DNA of 64,000 nucleotides from Actinomycetota bacterium (GTDB taxonomy: Bacteria > Actinomycetota > Acidimicrobiia > Acidimicrobiales > Ilumatobacteraceae). The DNA is taken from contig JBEAPU010000055.1 in assembly GCA_041164245.1 (NCBI GenBank), positions 5,114 to 69,113 of the forward strand. The letters run 5' to 3'. This document shows positions 45,702-54,141 of the stretch, in pieces. The notes under the pieces were generated by a model that saw only the letters and a program-made list of their open reading frames with translations, did not search any database and was not told where the DNA came from. A program made the position numbers and the translations under genes. Every line of letters begins with the position of its first letter. Within the stretch, counting starts at the first letter, position 1.

Positions 45702-46907
45702 ATGCACGTCGACATGGATGCGTTCTACGTGTCGGTCGAGATCCTGCGGCGGCCCGATCTCCGTGGGCGTCCCGTTGTCGTCGGGGGTGAGTCCGGTCGA
45801 GGGGTGGTTGCCGCGGCGTCGTACGAGGCGCGTCGCTACGGGGTGCGCTCGGCGATGTCATCCGGTGAGGCCCGGCGGCGATGCCCCGGAGCGGTGTTCT
45901 TGCCCGCCGACCATCGCCGGTACGCCGAGGTCAGTCGGGAGATCCGGAGCGTGTTCGAGGCACACACCGATCTCGTCGAGCCGCTGGCGCTCGACGAGGC
46001 CTTCCTCGACGTCACCGGGTTGAGCGGCGGGCTCGGCCCGGTTGGCGCCCACAACGTGGCCTGGGGGATCCGTGACGAGGTGCGGGCACGGACCGGACTC
46101 GCGTGCTCGATCGGTGTCGCCGTGAACAAGTTCGTGGCCAAGCTCGCCTCCGTCGAGGCCAAGCCCGTCGCCCGACGGGATGCCGTCGAGCCGGGTCCCG
46201 GCGTGGTCGTGATCCCGGCGGGGGATGAGTCGGGGTTCGTTCGCGCCCTCCCGGTTGAGCGCCTGTGGGGGGTCGGTCCACGCACGGCGGAGCGCCTCGC
46301 GGCGGTCGGGATCCGCTCGGTCGCCGCCGTCCTCGACGCCCATCCCTCGGTGCTCGCCCACGCCGTCGGCTCGAACGCCGCCACCCATCTGGTCCGATTG
46401 GCGCAGGGCCGGGACGACCGCCCCGTCGAGGGCGACCGGGAGCAGCGATCGATCGGCCACGAGGAGACCTTCGAGTCGGACATCGCCTCGCTCGACGACC
46501 TGCAGATCGAGTTCATGCGCATGCTCGATGACGTGACCTCCCGGGTCCGCTCCCACCGAGGCGGTGCCCGCACCTGGTCGGCGAAGATCCGCTTCCCCGA
46601 CTTCACGACGGTGACCCGCTCGGTCACCCTCGTCGAGCCGACGGGGGCTCCGGGGGTGGTGGCGGCGCGCCTCTGGCCGGTCGTCGCGTCGGCCGTCGGC
46701 GCGCGGCCGGTCCGCTTGCTCGGTGCCTCGGCAAGTCAGTTCGCGGAGCCGGTCCGTCAACTCGATCTGTTCGACACGGCCGACGTCCCCGCCGAACGGG
46801 CACTCGGTGTCCTCGACGAGGTGCGCACCCGGTTCGGTCGCTCGGCGATCGGCTTCGGCGGCCCCCGAACGACGGGACAGGGGTCACCGGAACCGCCTCC
46901 GCGTTGA
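45702..46907 (+). CDS. dinB: DNA polymerase IV (Y-family)
   Basis: MHVDMDAFYVSVE, SIDEAFLDV-like LDEAFLDVTG, and VNKFVAKLAS. An upstream GTG start is possible. Confidence 0.9.
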   Translation: MHVDMDAFYVSVEILRRPDLRGRPVVVGGESGRGVVAAASYEARRYGVRSAMSSGEARRRCPGAVFLPADHRRYAEVSREIRSVFEAHTDLVEPLALDEAFLDVTGLSGGLGPVGAHNVAWGIRDEVRARTGLACSIGVAVNKFVAKLASVEAKPVARRDAVEPGPGVVVIPAGDESGFVRALPVERLWGVGPRTAERLAAVGIRSVAAVLDAHPSVLAHAVGSNAATHLVRLAQGRDDRPVEGDREQRSIGHEETFESDIASLDDLQIEFMRMLDDVTSRVRSHRGGARTWSAKIRFPDFTTVTRSVTLVEPTGAPGVVAARLWPVVASAVGARPVRLLGASASQFAEPVRQLDLFDTADVPAERALGVLDEVRTRFGRSAIGFGGPRTTGQGSPEPPPR

Positions 46908-46976
46908 GTCCCGGGCTCGTGCGTGGAACAATGTGGGGGTCGACCACCCGGGTCGGCGACGCGAACGGACGAACCC

Positions 46977-47294
46977 ATGCCACTCTCCGAGGACGAACAG
47001 CGGATCCTCCGCCAGATCGAGCAGGAGCTCGAGCAGGACCCGACCTTCGCCGATCGCGGGGTGAGGGTGTCCCGGCGCCGGCTGGTCCTGGGCGCCGTCG
47101 GCACGGTCGTTGCGCTCTTCGTGACCGTCGTGTCCCTGGCGGTGAGCTTCGTCGCCTCGTTCGTGGCCTTCGCCGTGGCCCTGGCCCTCGGCGCGGTCGT
47201 CGTCGGCGAGGTGCGCCTCATCGGCCGGGAGCGCCTAGGCGAGTCACCGCTGGCCGTGTGGTTGGCGGCAGCCCGCTCGCAGCGACCCGGCTGA
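46977..47294 (+). CDS. DUF3040-like small membrane protein
   Basis: MPLSEDEQRILRQIEQELEQDP followed by two TM segments. Confidence 0.7.
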   Translation: MPLSEDEQRILRQIEQELEQDPTFADRGVRVSRRRLVLGAVGTVVALFVTVVSLAVSFVASFVAFAVALALGAVVVGEVRLIGRERLGESPLAVWLAAARSQRPG

Positions 47295-47298
47295 TCCC

Positions 47299-48219
47299 GT
47301 GCTCCCCTCGGACGTCCCGGTCGAGGTGCCGTCGCCCGATGAGCCCTCGCCATCCGACTCGGGGCTCGACCCGGCCGGTGGGCAGCCGAGCGTGCTGGCG
47401 ATCGACCTCGGGGTGCGACATCTCGCCGTCGGGGTGACCGGGCCCGACGGCGGACTCGGGGTCCGGGACCGGATCGTGACACCGACTCGGGAACCGTTGC
47501 GGGCGCTGCTGCGCCTGATCGACCGGGTGATGGCGGCGACGCCGGAGACGCAACGTCCGACGGTCTGCGGTGTGACGGCGTCCGGACCCGTCGTCGAGGC
47601 GATCGGGGAGTTCAGGCCGCTCGGCATCCCCACGTGGCACGGCGTACCCCTGCGGCGGGAGATCAAGCAGTTGACCGGCCTCGACACGGTTCTCGAGAGC
47701 ATCGGCCGCGCCTACGCCACGGTGGCCGCCGCCGGCGGCTCGGCAGTCGCCCTGCACCTCGGGGACCAGGTCGACGGAGGGATCGTCGTCGACGGCCGAC
47801 TCCTCGACGGGGCGACCGGCCACGCCGGGATGTTCGGCCACCTGGCGGTCGAGCACCCCGGGGCGATGTGCGTGTGCGGGGCGCCCGGCTGCCTCGAGGC
47901 CTACGCGTCGGCCCGGACGATCGAGGAGCAGACCGGTCGGGACCTCGCCCGGACGCCGGCTGCCATCGTCGAGCGTGCGGGGATCATGGTCGGCCGGGCC
48001 TGTGCGTCGCTGGCGGCGATGCTCGACCAGCGCGAGATCGTGCTCGGCGGCCCGGTCGTGGCCGTGCTCCGGGATGCATTCGTCGACGCCGTCCGAGCAG
48101 AGTTCGAGCAACGCTGCCGCCTCTCGCACCTCGATGGTGTGGGAGTGCGCGTCGCCCAGTTCCACGTCCTGTCGGCTCCGGCCTCGATCGCCCGGCGCCT
48201 GCTCGCGACCGAGCCCTGA
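47299..48219 (+). CDS. ROK-family protein (kinase or regulator)
   Basis: LAIDLGVRHLAVGV and ROK Cys motif CVCGAPGCLEAYAS. Confidence 0.7.
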   Translation: MLPSDVPVEVPSPDEPSPSDSGLDPAGGQPSVLAIDLGVRHLAVGVTGPDGGLGVRDRIVTPTREPLRALLRLIDRVMAATPETQRPTVCGVTASGPVVEAIGEFRPLGIPTWHGVPLRREIKQLTGLDTVLESIGRAYATVAAAGGSAVALHLGDQVDGGIVVDGRLLDGATGHAGMFGHLAVEHPGAMCVCGAPGCLEAYASARTIEEQTGRDLARTPAAIVERAGIMVGRACASLAAMLDQREIVLGGPVVAVLRDAFVDAVRAEFEQRCRLSHLDGVGVRVAQFHVLSAPASIARRLLATEP

Positions 48220-48281
48220 CCGGCTCACGCCCCTGCCGTCCACCTTCGCACCGTGCTCCGGGGCCGTCTACGCTCCGCCCC

Positions 48282-49502
48282 ATGCGACCGATCTACAGCG
48301 ACGAGGCCGAGGCGTATCGACAGAAGGTCCAGGCCTTCCTCGGCGAGAAACTGCCGAGCGGGTTCAGCGGAATCGGCTCCCTCGAGGGCGAGGCGATCAC
48401 CGAGTTCACGACCGAGTGGCGCCAGACGCTGTACGAGGCCGGCTACCTCGCCCCGGGATGGCCCGTCGAGTACGGCGGGGCCGGCCTGTCGGCGCTGGAG
48501 CAGGTGATCCTGGCCGAGGAGTTCGCCCGAGCAGGTGTGCCGACCGGTGGCCCGAACGATGTCTTCGGGATACAGATGCTCGGCAACACGCTCCTGCTGA
48601 TGGGCAGCGAGGAGCAGAAGCGCCACTACCTGCCGCGGATCCTCTCCGGGGAGGACACCTGGTGCCAGGGCTACAGCGAGCCGAACGCGGGGTCGGACCT
48701 CGGCAACCTCGGGCTGAAGGCCCAACTCGACGGTGATCAGTGGATCCTCAACGGCCAGAAGATCTGGACCTCGGCCGGCCACCTCGCCGACCACATCTTC
48801 ACCCTCGCGCGCACCGATCCCGACGCCCCCAAGCACAAGGGGATCTCGTTCCTGCTCGTCGACATGCGCCAGCCGGGTGTCGAGGTCCGTCCGATCAAGA
48901 TGATCAATGGCGACAGCGAGTTCAACGAGGTCTTCTACACCGACGCCGTGTGCCCCAAGGACAACGTGGTCGGCGGGTTGAACAACGGGTGGGCGGTGGC
49001 GATGACGCTGCTCGGGTTCGAGCGGGGTGAGGCGGCTGCCACCGGTCCGATCCGCTTCCAGGCCGAGGTCGACCGGCTGCTGGTGCTCGCTGCCGAACGA
49101 GGGCTCACCAAGGACCCCGTCGTCCGCCAGGAGCTCGCCCGGGCGTACTCCAAGGTGCAGGTGATGCGGTTCAACGGGATGCGGGTGCTGACCCAGTTCC
49201 TCAAGGGCCATCACCCCGGACCGGACGGCGCCATATCGAAGCTGTTCTGGAGTGAGTACCACCTCACCGTGACCGAGTTGGCCACCCGGATCCTCGGCGC
49301 CGACGCGTTGGTCCCGACGGGGCGTCCGCCGTCGTCGTCGTTCTCGACCGACGATGCCGGGGCGCCGAACTCCTCGGCCTCGTGGGTCGGCACCTTCCTC
49401 AGCGCGCGCGCCGGAACGATCTACGCCGGGTCCTCGCAGATCCAGCGCAACATCATCGGCGAGATGGTCCTGGGGCTGCCCAAGGAGCCGCGTCCGGCGT
49501 GA
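48282..49502 (+). CDS. acyl-CoA dehydrogenase
   Basis: GYSEPNAGSDL and C-terminal YAGSSQIQRNIIGE. Confidence 0.88.
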   Translation: MRPIYSDEAEAYRQKVQAFLGEKLPSGFSGIGSLEGEAITEFTTEWRQTLYEAGYLAPGWPVEYGGAGLSALEQVILAEEFARAGVPTGGPNDVFGIQMLGNTLLLMGSEEQKRHYLPRILSGEDTWCQGYSEPNAGSDLGNLGLKAQLDGDQWILNGQKIWTSAGHLADHIFTLARTDPDAPKHKGISFLLVDMRQPGVEVRPIKMINGDSEFNEVFYTDAVCPKDNVVGGLNNGWAVAMTLLGFERGEAAATGPIRFQAEVDRLLVLAAERGLTKDPVVRQELARAYSKVQVMRFNGMRVLTQFLKGHHPGPDGAISKLFWSEYHLTVTELATRILGADALVPTGRPPSSSFSTDDAGAPNSSASWVGTFLSARAGTIYAGSSQIQRNIIGEMVLGLPKEPRPA

Positions 49503-49768
49503 CCCTCCGCTCGCGGCGAGGTGCGCTGGCCACGGTCCTCGCCGTGGCGCAGCGTCCCGGCCTGTGGCCGACCGCGGTTCGCCAGGCGATCGTCCTCGCT
49601 CCGGATCGATGGTGGGCCCGCCGGCCGTTCCTCCCTCTGCCCGATCGTCGATACCTCCGGTTCCGACTCGTGACGCAGTACGGGGATCCGGATCATCCCC
49701 CGGTGGCCGGAGATGTGGTGGACTACCTGTCGTGGTGCAGGCAGATGCGCCGGCTGGGGCGCTCGTGA
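49499..49768 (+). CDS. small hypothetical protein
   Basis: GTG 49499 overlaps the acyl-CoA dehydrogenase TGA. 89 aa, no motif recognised. Confidence 0.4.
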   Translation: MTLRSRRGALATVLAVAQRPGLWPTAVRQAIVLAPDRWWARRPFLPLPDRRYLRFRLVTQYGDPDHPPVAGDVVDYLSWCRQMRRLGRS

Positions 49769-49792
49769 TAGGACGGCTGAGGGGTCGGTGAC

Positions 49793-50290
49793 ATGCGCAA
49801 CGTGCTCGTGCTGAATGCGACGTACGAGCCGTTGAGTGTCGTGTCGGCTCGCCGCGCGACATGTCTGGTGTTGGCCGACAAGGCCGAGGTGATCGAGGCC
49901 GATGCGGAGATGATGCGGTCGCCCTCGCTGGCCCTTCCGGTGCCGTTGGTCGTGCGCCTGCGCTACATGGTCCGTGCCCCGCGACGCAGGGTGGCGGTCC
50001 TGTCCCGCCGGGCGGTGTTCGCCCGGGACGATCATCGGTGCCAGTACTGCGGGGGTCACGCCGACTCGATCGATCATGTGATCCCGCGCTCGCGGGGCGG
50101 GGGCCACGAGTGGGAGAACCTCGTCGCCGCCTGCCGGCCGTGCAACCTCACCAAACGCGACCGCACCCCCGAGGAGGCCGGGATGCTCCTGCAGCGGCCG
50201 TGTTCGGCGCCGCGATCCATGGCCTGGGTGGTCGCCGGGTCCTCCCGGGTGCCCGAGGCCTGGTCGCGTTATCTCGCGCCCACCGGCTGA
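49793..50290 (+). CDS. HNH endonuclease
   Basis: CQYCGG...DHVIPRSRGGGHEWENLVAACRPCNLTK. Confidence 0.88.
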   Translation: MRNVLVLNATYEPLSVVSARRATCLVLADKAEVIEADAEMMRSPSLALPVPLVVRLRYMVRAPRRRVAVLSRRAVFARDDHRCQYCGGHADSIDHVIPRSRGGGHEWENLVAACRPCNLTKRDRTPEEAGMLLQRPCSAPRSMAWVVAGSSRVPEAWSRYLAPTG

Positions 50291-50299
50291 GCTGGAGCG

Positions 50300-51103
50300 G
50301 TGCCGGGGCATGCTGACGGGATGGGACCGACCCGATCGACCCCCGGTCCCGTCCGCCGAGGCGATGTGACCCTCCCTCGCCCGGATGGCTCGGGGAGCGC
50401 GGTGGTCGTCGAGGTCCGCCGTGCCGGCGCAGCTGAGTTGCACGCCGCAGTCGAGCCATTCGACCCCGACCGGATCACCGTGCGCTGGTGCGTTCCCGAC
50501 GCAGCGGCGGTGGTCCTCGGTTCGCGGCAGCCGATCGACCTCCTCGACCCGGACCGCTGCTCGGCCGTCGGCCTCGGGATCGTCCGTCGGAACTCCGGCG
50601 GGGGAGCGGTGCTCGTCGACCCGGAGTCGGCCATCTGGATCGACCTGCTCGTCCCGCTGCCGGACCCGGTCGTCCCCGACGACCTGAGCGCCTCGATGGT
50701 CGTGGTCGGTCGGTGGTGGTCGGCCGCGCTCCGGTCCGTGCTGGTCGCGGCCGGTGGCCCGGTGGATGATCTCGTGGTGCACGAGGGCCGGCTCATGACG
50801 GCCGGGTGGGGCGACCTGATCTGCTTCGCCGGTCTCGGTCCGGGCGAGGTGACGCGCCGGGGCGCCAAACTCGTCGGCCTGAGCCAGCGACGGACTCGGG
50901 ACCTGGCCCGCTTCCAGACGCAGATCCATCTGGCGGACCCGACCGATCGACTCGTCGGGGTGTTGACCGACCGGGCCGAGGGTCCCGTTCCCCGACCGGC
51001 TCTCCTCGATGACCCGCCGCTGGCCTCCGGCGATGTCGACGCGATCGCCCTGACCCTCCTCGACGCCCTGGCGCGATCGGTCGCGGCGGCCCCGATCGCC
51101 TAG
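50300..51103 (+). CDS. biotin/lipoate A/B protein ligase family protein (LplA-like)
   Basis: VRRNSGGGAVLVD and GAKLVGLSQRR (putative catalytic Lys). Confidence 0.6.
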   Translation: MPGHADGMGPTRSTPGPVRRGDVTLPRPDGSGSAVVVEVRRAGAAELHAAVEPFDPDRITVRWCVPDAAAVVLGSRQPIDLLDPDRCSAVGLGIVRRNSGGGAVLVDPESAIWIDLLVPLPDPVVPDDLSASMVVVGRWWSAALRSVLVAAGGPVDDLVVHEGRLMTAGWGDLICFAGLGPGEVTRRGAKLVGLSQRRTRDLARFQTQIHLADPTDRLVGVLTDRAEGPVPRPALLDDPPLASGDVDAIALTLLDALARSVAAAPIA

Positions 51104-51112
51104 GGTCGGTCC

Positions 51113-52045
51113 ATGCGGGACGACGTGATCCTCTCCGAGTTGGACTCGGTGGTGACCGGTCTGCTGGAGCGTCACCTCGAGACGACCCGGGAGTGGTTCC
51201 CGCACGAGGTCGTCCCGTACTCGCGTGGTCGGGACCACGACCCGGGTGTCGAGTGGACGAGTCTGGACGCCGATCTCGGCGGGGCGGTGATCGACGACGC
51301 CGTGCGCAGCGCCCTGGTCGTCAACCTCCTCACGGAGGACAACCTGCCGTACTACTTCCGGACCGTGGAGCGCATCTTCGGTGCCGACGGGGCGTGGGGC
51401 GAGTGGGTCAGACGGTGGACCGCCGAGGAGGGGCGCCACTCGATGGCGATCTACGGCTATCTGATGGTGACCCGTGCCGTCGACCCGCGAGCGCTGGAGC
51501 GGGCGAGGATGGCCCAGGTCTCGGGGGGTCTCATCCCGGAGCCCGGTGGTGTCTTCGATGCGTTCGTGTACCTGTCCCTGCAGGAGTTGGCGACCCGGAT
51601 CTCCCATCGGGCCACCGGTCAGCATCTCGGGGACCCGGTGGGTTACGAGGTCATGCGGAGGGTGTCCGCCGACGAGAACCTCCATCAGCTCTTCTACCGC
51701 GACCTGGCGGCCGCAGCGCTCGCGCTGGCGCCCGATGAGATGATGTGCGCGATCGAACGGCAGGTGCACCGTTTCGAGATGCCGGGTGCGGGGATCCCCG
51801 GGTTCGCGGAGCACGCCCGCCGCATCGCCCGCGCCGGCATCTACGACCTGACGGTCCACCATGAGCAGATCCTCGTGCCGGTCGTCCTCCGGCAATGGAG
51901 GGTCGAGGAGATCTCGGGGCTCTCACCCGAGGGTGAGCAGGCTCGCGAGCGGCTGATGGCCCGTCTCGAGCGCAGCGCTCGGGTCGCGGCGCGCCTGCGC
52001 TCCTCCGGTGGTTCCCCCGGGGACGCCGCCACCGCAGCGGGCTGA
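51113..52045 (+). CDS. soluble acyl-ACP desaturase (DesA-type di-iron)
   Basis: Two EXXH motifs, WTAEEGRHS and LQELATRISH. Confidence 0.8.
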   Translation: MRDDVILSELDSVVTGLLERHLETTREWFPHEVVPYSRGRDHDPGVEWTSLDADLGGAVIDDAVRSALVVNLLTEDNLPYYFRTVERIFGADGAWGEWVRRWTAEEGRHSMAIYGYLMVTRAVDPRALERARMAQVSGGLIPEPGGVFDAFVYLSLQELATRISHRATGQHLGDPVGYEVMRRVSADENLHQLFYRDLAAAALALAPDEMMCAIERQVHRFEMPGAGIPGFAEHARRIARAGIYDLTVHHEQILVPVVLRQWRVEEISGLSPEGEQARERLMARLERSARVAARLRSSGGSPGDAATAAG

Positions 52046-52167
52046 CCGCCGCCACCCACCCCGTGCGGGGCGCTCCGCCGCACCGTGGTCGTATCCATCG
52101 TGCGCCGCTCGTCCCGGCCGACACATCCATCCCGACCTGCTCGTCCGCCGGCGTGCCTCCGGGGATG

Positions 52168-52215
52168 AATGGGGGAGGATGGTTGACATAGGGGCAAATA
52201 GGGGACAGACTGGGC
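52168..52215 (+). promoter_or_regulatory. candidate Pmra promoter (TTGACA-17-CAGACT) embedded in about 10-bp-phased T(A)GGG repeats (MraZ-box-like)
   Basis: TTGACA at 52183..52188 and cagact at 52206..52211. T(A)GGG units start at 52170, 52180, 52189, 52199 and 52211. Confidence 0.45.
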
Positions 52216-52286
52216 GAGCTCGACGGGGGCCCGCATCCCGATGAGCCGAGGCGGAGCGGGTCGGACGAAGGGAACGGGGCAGGCGC

Positions 52287-52715
52287 GTGTTCGTCGGGGT
52301 CTACGAGCGCAACATCGACGACAACGGTCGTCTGGCGCTGCCCGCACCGTTCCGCGGTGACCTCGGTGACCGCTGCTACGCCACGCTCGACCCGCAGGGA
52401 TGCATCACGGTCCGGACCGTCACCACCTTCGAGACCGAGGCGGCGGAGCTGATCGACGCCCAGAAGCAGGGTCGCGTGAGCCCGGCTCAGCGACGGTCGC
52501 TGGCCACCGGCACCCTGACGGTCTCGATCGACAAGCAGGGTCGCATCACCCTCGAGGAGAAGGCGCGCGAGTTCGCCGGTCTCACCCCGGGCTCCCAGGC
52601 GATGATCGTCGGGAACCTCAACACCCTCGAGATCTGGCGCCCGTCCCGATTCGACGTCGTCAGCGCCGAGGATGTCGTCGAGTCCGCTCCGCGTCGCTGG
52701 GAGGACGAGGCATGA
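52287..52715 (+). CDS. mraZ: transcriptional regulator MraZ
   Basis: VFVGVYERNIDDNGRLALPAPFR and a second SpoVT/AbrB-like repeat DKQGRITLEEK. Confidence 0.93.
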   Translation: MFVGVYERNIDDNGRLALPAPFRGDLGDRCYATLDPQGCITVRTVTTFETEAAELIDAQKQGRVSPAQRRSLATGTLTVSIDKQGRITLEEKAREFAGLTPGSQAMIVGNLNTLEIWRPSRFDVVSAEDVVESAPRRWEDEA

Positions 52716-53671
52716 CGACCTTCGAGCACCGGCCGGTGATGCGCGACGAGGTGGTCGCCGTGTTCGCCGATGTGCCGCCGGGGACGGTGCTCGACGCCAC
52801 CTTGGGTGGCGGCGGGCACGCCGAGGCGCTCCTCGAGTCGCGGGACGACCTGGCGATCCTCGGGATCGACCGGGACCCCGTCGCCCTCGACGCGGCACGG
52901 GAGCGACTGGCCCGCTTCGGCGACCGTGTCCGCACCAGCCGCGCCCGATTCGACGCGCTCGAGAGGAGCATGGCGGACCACGGCGTCGAGGAACTCAGCG
53001 GTGCCCTCTTCGACCTCGGTGTGTCCTCCCCCCAGCTCGATCGTGCGGAGCGGGGGTTCTCGTACCGGCACGACGGCCCGATCGACATGCGGATGGACCC
53101 GGACTCGGAGTGGTCGGCCGATGACGTCGTCAACGGCTACGACGAGTCCCGCCTCGCCGATGTCATCGCCCGGCACGGCGGTGAGCGCTTCGCCCGCCGC
53201 ATCGCCCGGGCGATCGTGGCCGCCCGGCCGATCGAGAGCACCGGTGACCTCGCCGCCGTCGTCACCTCGGCGATCCCGGCGCCGGCGCGTCGAACCGGAG
53301 GACACCCGGCGAAGCGCACCTTCCAAGCCATCCGGATCGAGGTCAACGGGGAACTCGACGTCCTGCCGGTGGCCCTCGACGCCGCCATCGGTCGCCTCGC
53401 ACCCGGCGGCCGCGTCGCCGTGCTGTCGTACCACTCTGGAGAGGACCGGATCGTCAAGGAACGGTTCCACGCCGCCCTCGACGGCTGCCGGTGCCCGTCG
53501 GAACTGCCGTGCGTCTGCGATGCCGTGCAGACCGTGCGCATCGTGCGGCGGGTCCCCAAGTCGCCCGGCGCCGAGGAGTCGTCGACCAACCCACGGTCCG
53601 CCTCGGCCCGCCTACGGGTGATCGAGCGCATGCGGGGCGCGGAGCCGTCGACCGTGGAGGGGGGATCCTGA
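52712..53671 (+). CDS. rsmH: 16S rRNA (cytosine1402-N4)-methyltransferase
   Basis: HRPVM...DATLGGGGH, DLGVSSPQLD and SYHSGEDRIVK. Confidence 0.93.
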   Translation: MTTFEHRPVMRDEVVAVFADVPPGTVLDATLGGGGHAEALLESRDDLAILGIDRDPVALDAARERLARFGDRVRTSRARFDALERSMADHGVEELSGALFDLGVSSPQLDRAERGFSYRHDGPIDMRMDPDSEWSADDVVNGYDESRLADVIARHGGERFARRIARAIVAARPIESTGDLAAVVTSAIPAPARRTGGHPAKRTFQAIRIEVNGELDVLPVALDAAIGRLAPGGRVAVLSYHSGEDRIVKERFHAALDGCRCPSELPCVCDAVQTVRIVRRVPKSPGAEESSTNPRSASARLRVIERMRGAEPSTVEGGS

Positions 53672-54141
53672 TGGCGCTCGCCCTCGGCGACCTGGCGCGT
53701 GGGCGACGGCCGGACTCCGACCGTCCCCGACGCCCCGCACTGACCGTCGTCGCCACCCGACGGCGCAATGCCCGGGTGACCGTCGGTGTCGGTGCAGTCA
53801 TCGCCGTCGGGCTGGCGGTGCTCGGCATCCTCCACACCCAGATCGCCTCCCGCCAGCGGGTCATCGACCGCCTCGACAACTCGATCGTGCTGGCCAACGA
53901 GCAGTTCGACACCCTGCGTGCCCTGCGTGCCGAGTTGAGGGCACCGGTGCGCCTCGACGTCGAGTCGAGGGCGCTCGGGATGGAGCCGGCGAGGTCGAGC
54001 AGCTTCCTGCCCGTCGATCCGCAGGTGCTGGCCACGACACTCGCCGCCACCGGCGGCCGCGACGGCCGCACCGAGGTCGACGGTCATCGTGACCCCCTCG
54101 ACCAGTTCCGGCTCGTGAAGGCGATCGGGTCCCAGCCGTGA
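53671..54141 (+). CDS. ftsL: cell division protein FtsL-like
   Basis: Position in the dcw cluster, a single TM segment (VTVGVGAVIAVGLAVLGIL), then a coiled-coil. Confidence 0.6.
   Translation: MALALGDLARGRRPDSDRPRRPALTVVATRRRNARVTVGVGAVIAVGLAVLGILHTQIASRQRVIDRLDNSIVLANEQFDTLRALRAELRAPVRLDVESRALGMEPARSSSFLPVDPQVLATTLAATGGRDGRTEVDGHRDPLDQFRLVKAIGSQP

Noticed and set aside
49793-50290. HNH endonuclease as part of a restriction, defence or mobile element
   Set aside because: There is no adjacent methyltransferase, helicase, integrase, repeats or compositional shift. The flanking genes are ordinary metabolic genes.
49421-51895. 824-aa minus-strand ORF
   Set aside because: It is antisense to the HNH, LplA-like and desaturase genes, each carrying diagnostic motifs. 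This is the high-GC antisense artefact again.
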